A stretch of DNA of 62,838 nt, counting the filler, from Craspedostauros australis (taxonomy: Eukaryota), in assembly GCA_030167865.1 (NCBI GenBank). It is 3 parts of 3 records of this genome, joined end to end, with 100 filler letters (N's around TTAATTAATTAA, not from the genome) between each part and the next. Parts side by side here need not be neighbours in the genome. Positions count along the whole stretch, not along the records: positions 60,670 to 62,838 come from JALAGF010006461.1; 2 more parts are not named here. The stretch is one strand, 5' to 3'. Of this stretch, positions 60,670 to 62,838 are shown in pieces. Below the pieces are notes generated by a model that searched no databases, was not told the origin of the DNA, and saw only the letters and a program-made list of their open reading frames with translations. Both the position numbers and the translations under genes were made by a program. How positions within the stretch are numbered: the first letter of the stretch is position 1; each line of letters begins with the position of its first letter.

Positions 60670-62838
60670 CAATTCAAGGGTGTTGAGAATGCCAACAGGT
60701 CGGTGATATATGATCTGGATGACGACGACTCTGAGACTGGAGATGCAATCCAGGGAAAGAAAGTGACTTGGGGGCGAAGCTCGAACATCGCGAGGAACGC
60801 GAAGATCGGCGTCGCGGAGAGGAGCGGAAGAGCTGGACACACAACAAGAGACACAGACGACACCGCTCAAGAGCAAGATGATTTGCTACCTGCCCAAGGG
60901 GAAGAACCATCGGACAATGATGAAGACGATGAATCCGGAAGGGACAAGGACCGTGCGGGGCGGATCGATTCGACTACTGAGCAATCGACTGCACGCACTC
61001 CCGTGAGACCATTGGCGCGCGTACCAAGGATGGTGAGTAGCCTGGCCGGCTACGACAACTCACCGATTCCCCAAGAGGAAAGGGAACGAGAATCAGAATC
61101 AGATTCGGAATCAGAGGCAGGCGAAGCATCAGCATCAGGGGATGAGGATGGCTACGACACTGCGCAGGAGACGATGATGGTCCCCGCGGCTACTGGAGGG
61201 CCCAGCTTCCACACAGATGGGTCGATGTTCAACAGGGACGTCGCCGGCATGATGATCGATACTACCCAAGGGAGGATGAGACTTATCGATTTCATCGCTG
61301 CGAGTCAGGACGTTGAGAACGAACGGAATGGTGAGTGGTCCGAACAAGCCAATACGGCCGTGATGTTGGATCCAACGACGTTCGAGGAGTGCTGGGATCA
61401 TGCTAATCCCGAGAAGAGAGAGAAGTGGCGTGGAGCCATCAATAAGGAATTCACCGACATGGCCAGAAGAGGAGTGTGGCAGAAGATCAAGAAGAGCGAG
61501 ATGCCAGACGATCGGCGATGCGTGAAGACCAAGTGGGTGTTCAAGGAGAAGAGGAACGGCGTATTCCGCGCCCGATTGGTTGCATGTGGGTATTCCCAGA
61601 TTGCAGGAGTCGACTTCTCAGCGCATCATGCACCAGTGATCCACGACGCAACCTACCGAGTGATGCTAACCATGAAGATGCTTCTTCGAATGGACTGTAT
61701 CATCATCGACTTCGAGACAGCGTTCTTGCATGGGGATCTCGAAGAGGAGATCTACATGCAATGCCCGAAAGGCATGAGGCATGAGGCTGATGAATGCTTG
61801 CTGCTCAAGAAGACGATCTATGGGCTCGTGCAGAGCGCCAGGCAATGGAACAAGAAGCTGGTCGACATCCTGATTGAAATGGGATTCAGACAGAGCAAGG
61901 TGGATCCATGCCTCCTGATTCGGAATCAGGAAGGGAGAATGCTACTGATCGGAACCTACGTTGACGACTGCCTGTGCATCGGGGATGAACAGGAGCTGAA
62001 GAACCTCGTGGGGGACATCAAGGCAAAGCGATTTGGTATCAAGGTGGAGGAAGATCTTGAAGACTACCTCAGTTGCAAGATCAACTTCAACCACGACAAG
62101 ACCAATTGCTGGGTGAACCAACCGCACATCATCAACAACATTGTCAGCACTTTCAAGGANNNNNNNNNNNNNNNNNNNNNNNNNNNNNNNNNNNNNNNNN
62201 NNNNNNNNNNNNNNNNNNNNNNNNNNNNNNNNNNNNNNNNNNNNNNNNNNNNACACAGCAACTACCGAAGCGGAGTGGGGATGCTGCTGTACCTGGTGAA
62301 ACACTCACGACCCGACATCGCCAATGCAGTGCGAGAGCTGACCAAGGTGTTGGACGGACCAACGGCCGCAGCATACAAGGAGATGCTGAGGGTCATGAAG
62401 TTCGTGTCGGATACGAGGGAGTACGGTCTGAAGATGAGACCGAAACCCTTGGAGAACGATGCATGGAAGATTGTGGTGTACACCGACAGCGAGTTCGCTG
62501 GTGACAAGGACAATCGCATCAGTGTGGGAGGACACCTCGTCCTACTACAGGGAGTGCCTATCATCTGGAGGTCGAAGGCACAACGCAGCGTGACGCTGAG
62601 CTCAACGGAGGCAGAGTACGTTGCACTGTCGGAAGCAGGCAAGGAGATCCGCTTCCTGNNNNNNNNNNNNNNNNNNNNNGGGTTGGAGATACACAGGCCG
62701 ACAGACGTGATGGTTGACAACGTGGGAGCAATCTTCATCGCTTCCAACCCATCTACATCGGCCAGAACCAGGCACATCGATATCCGACATCACTTCATCC
62801 GAGAGCTGATTGCGAACAAAGAGGCTAGAGCCCGGTTC
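60670..62838 (+). mobile_element. Ty1/copia LTR retrotransposon pol fragment (reverse transcriptase + RNase H)
   Basis: Translation gives KWVFKEK..FRARLVACGYSQ, DFETAFLHGDLEEEIYM, IYGLVQSARQW, YVDD, YRSGVGMLLYL..SRPDI, YTDSEFAGD, SSTEAEYVA and RTRHIDIRHHFIRE. The frame runs off the window end, so it is absent from the ORF track. Confidence 0.97.

Overview
Eukaryotic genomic DNA, most likely from a (pennate) diatom. The evidence is GT-AG introns, a bipartite signal plus 'SSA-FVIP' plastid leader on argC, RxL pro-peptide motifs and a Ty1/copia element; the species cannot be determined from sequence alone. The window joins three assembly pieces through artificial 100-nt spacers (N44-TTAATTAATTAA-N44 at 31980-32079 and 60570-60669), so synteny across these points is not real evidence. 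Piece 1 (1-31979): a hypothetical gene, a membrane-anchored PhoD phosphatase, a 4xPDZ protein, an intronless STAND/AAA_16 ATPase, a ~4,100-aa membrane-anchored Pro/Thr/Ser-repeat (mucin-like) protein whose 5' exons I reconstructed, a piggyBac-like MITE with ATAT target duplication, a secreted Spondin_N protein and a broken STAND paralog. Piece 2 (32080-60569): an ~8.7-kb array of a 181-182-bp palindrome-rich satellite, a pseudogene with a TA-flanked MITE, argC, primase small subunit, a PNPOx-like flavoprotein, an unusual zf-PARP + PADR1 + Pol-beta 8-kDa (dRP-lyase-like) fusion, Erv1, a vWA-like protein, a small secreted ShK protein with a 16-nt micro-exon and a truncated ankyrin protein. Piece 3 (60670-62838): the RT/RNase H region of a copia retrotransposon. 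Best candidates for novelty are the giant IQ/TM/mucin protein (candidate adhesion or gliding linker), the nick-sensor/lyase fusion lacking a PARP catalytic domain, and the nucleosome-length satellite. All domain calls are by motif recognition by eye, not database searches.
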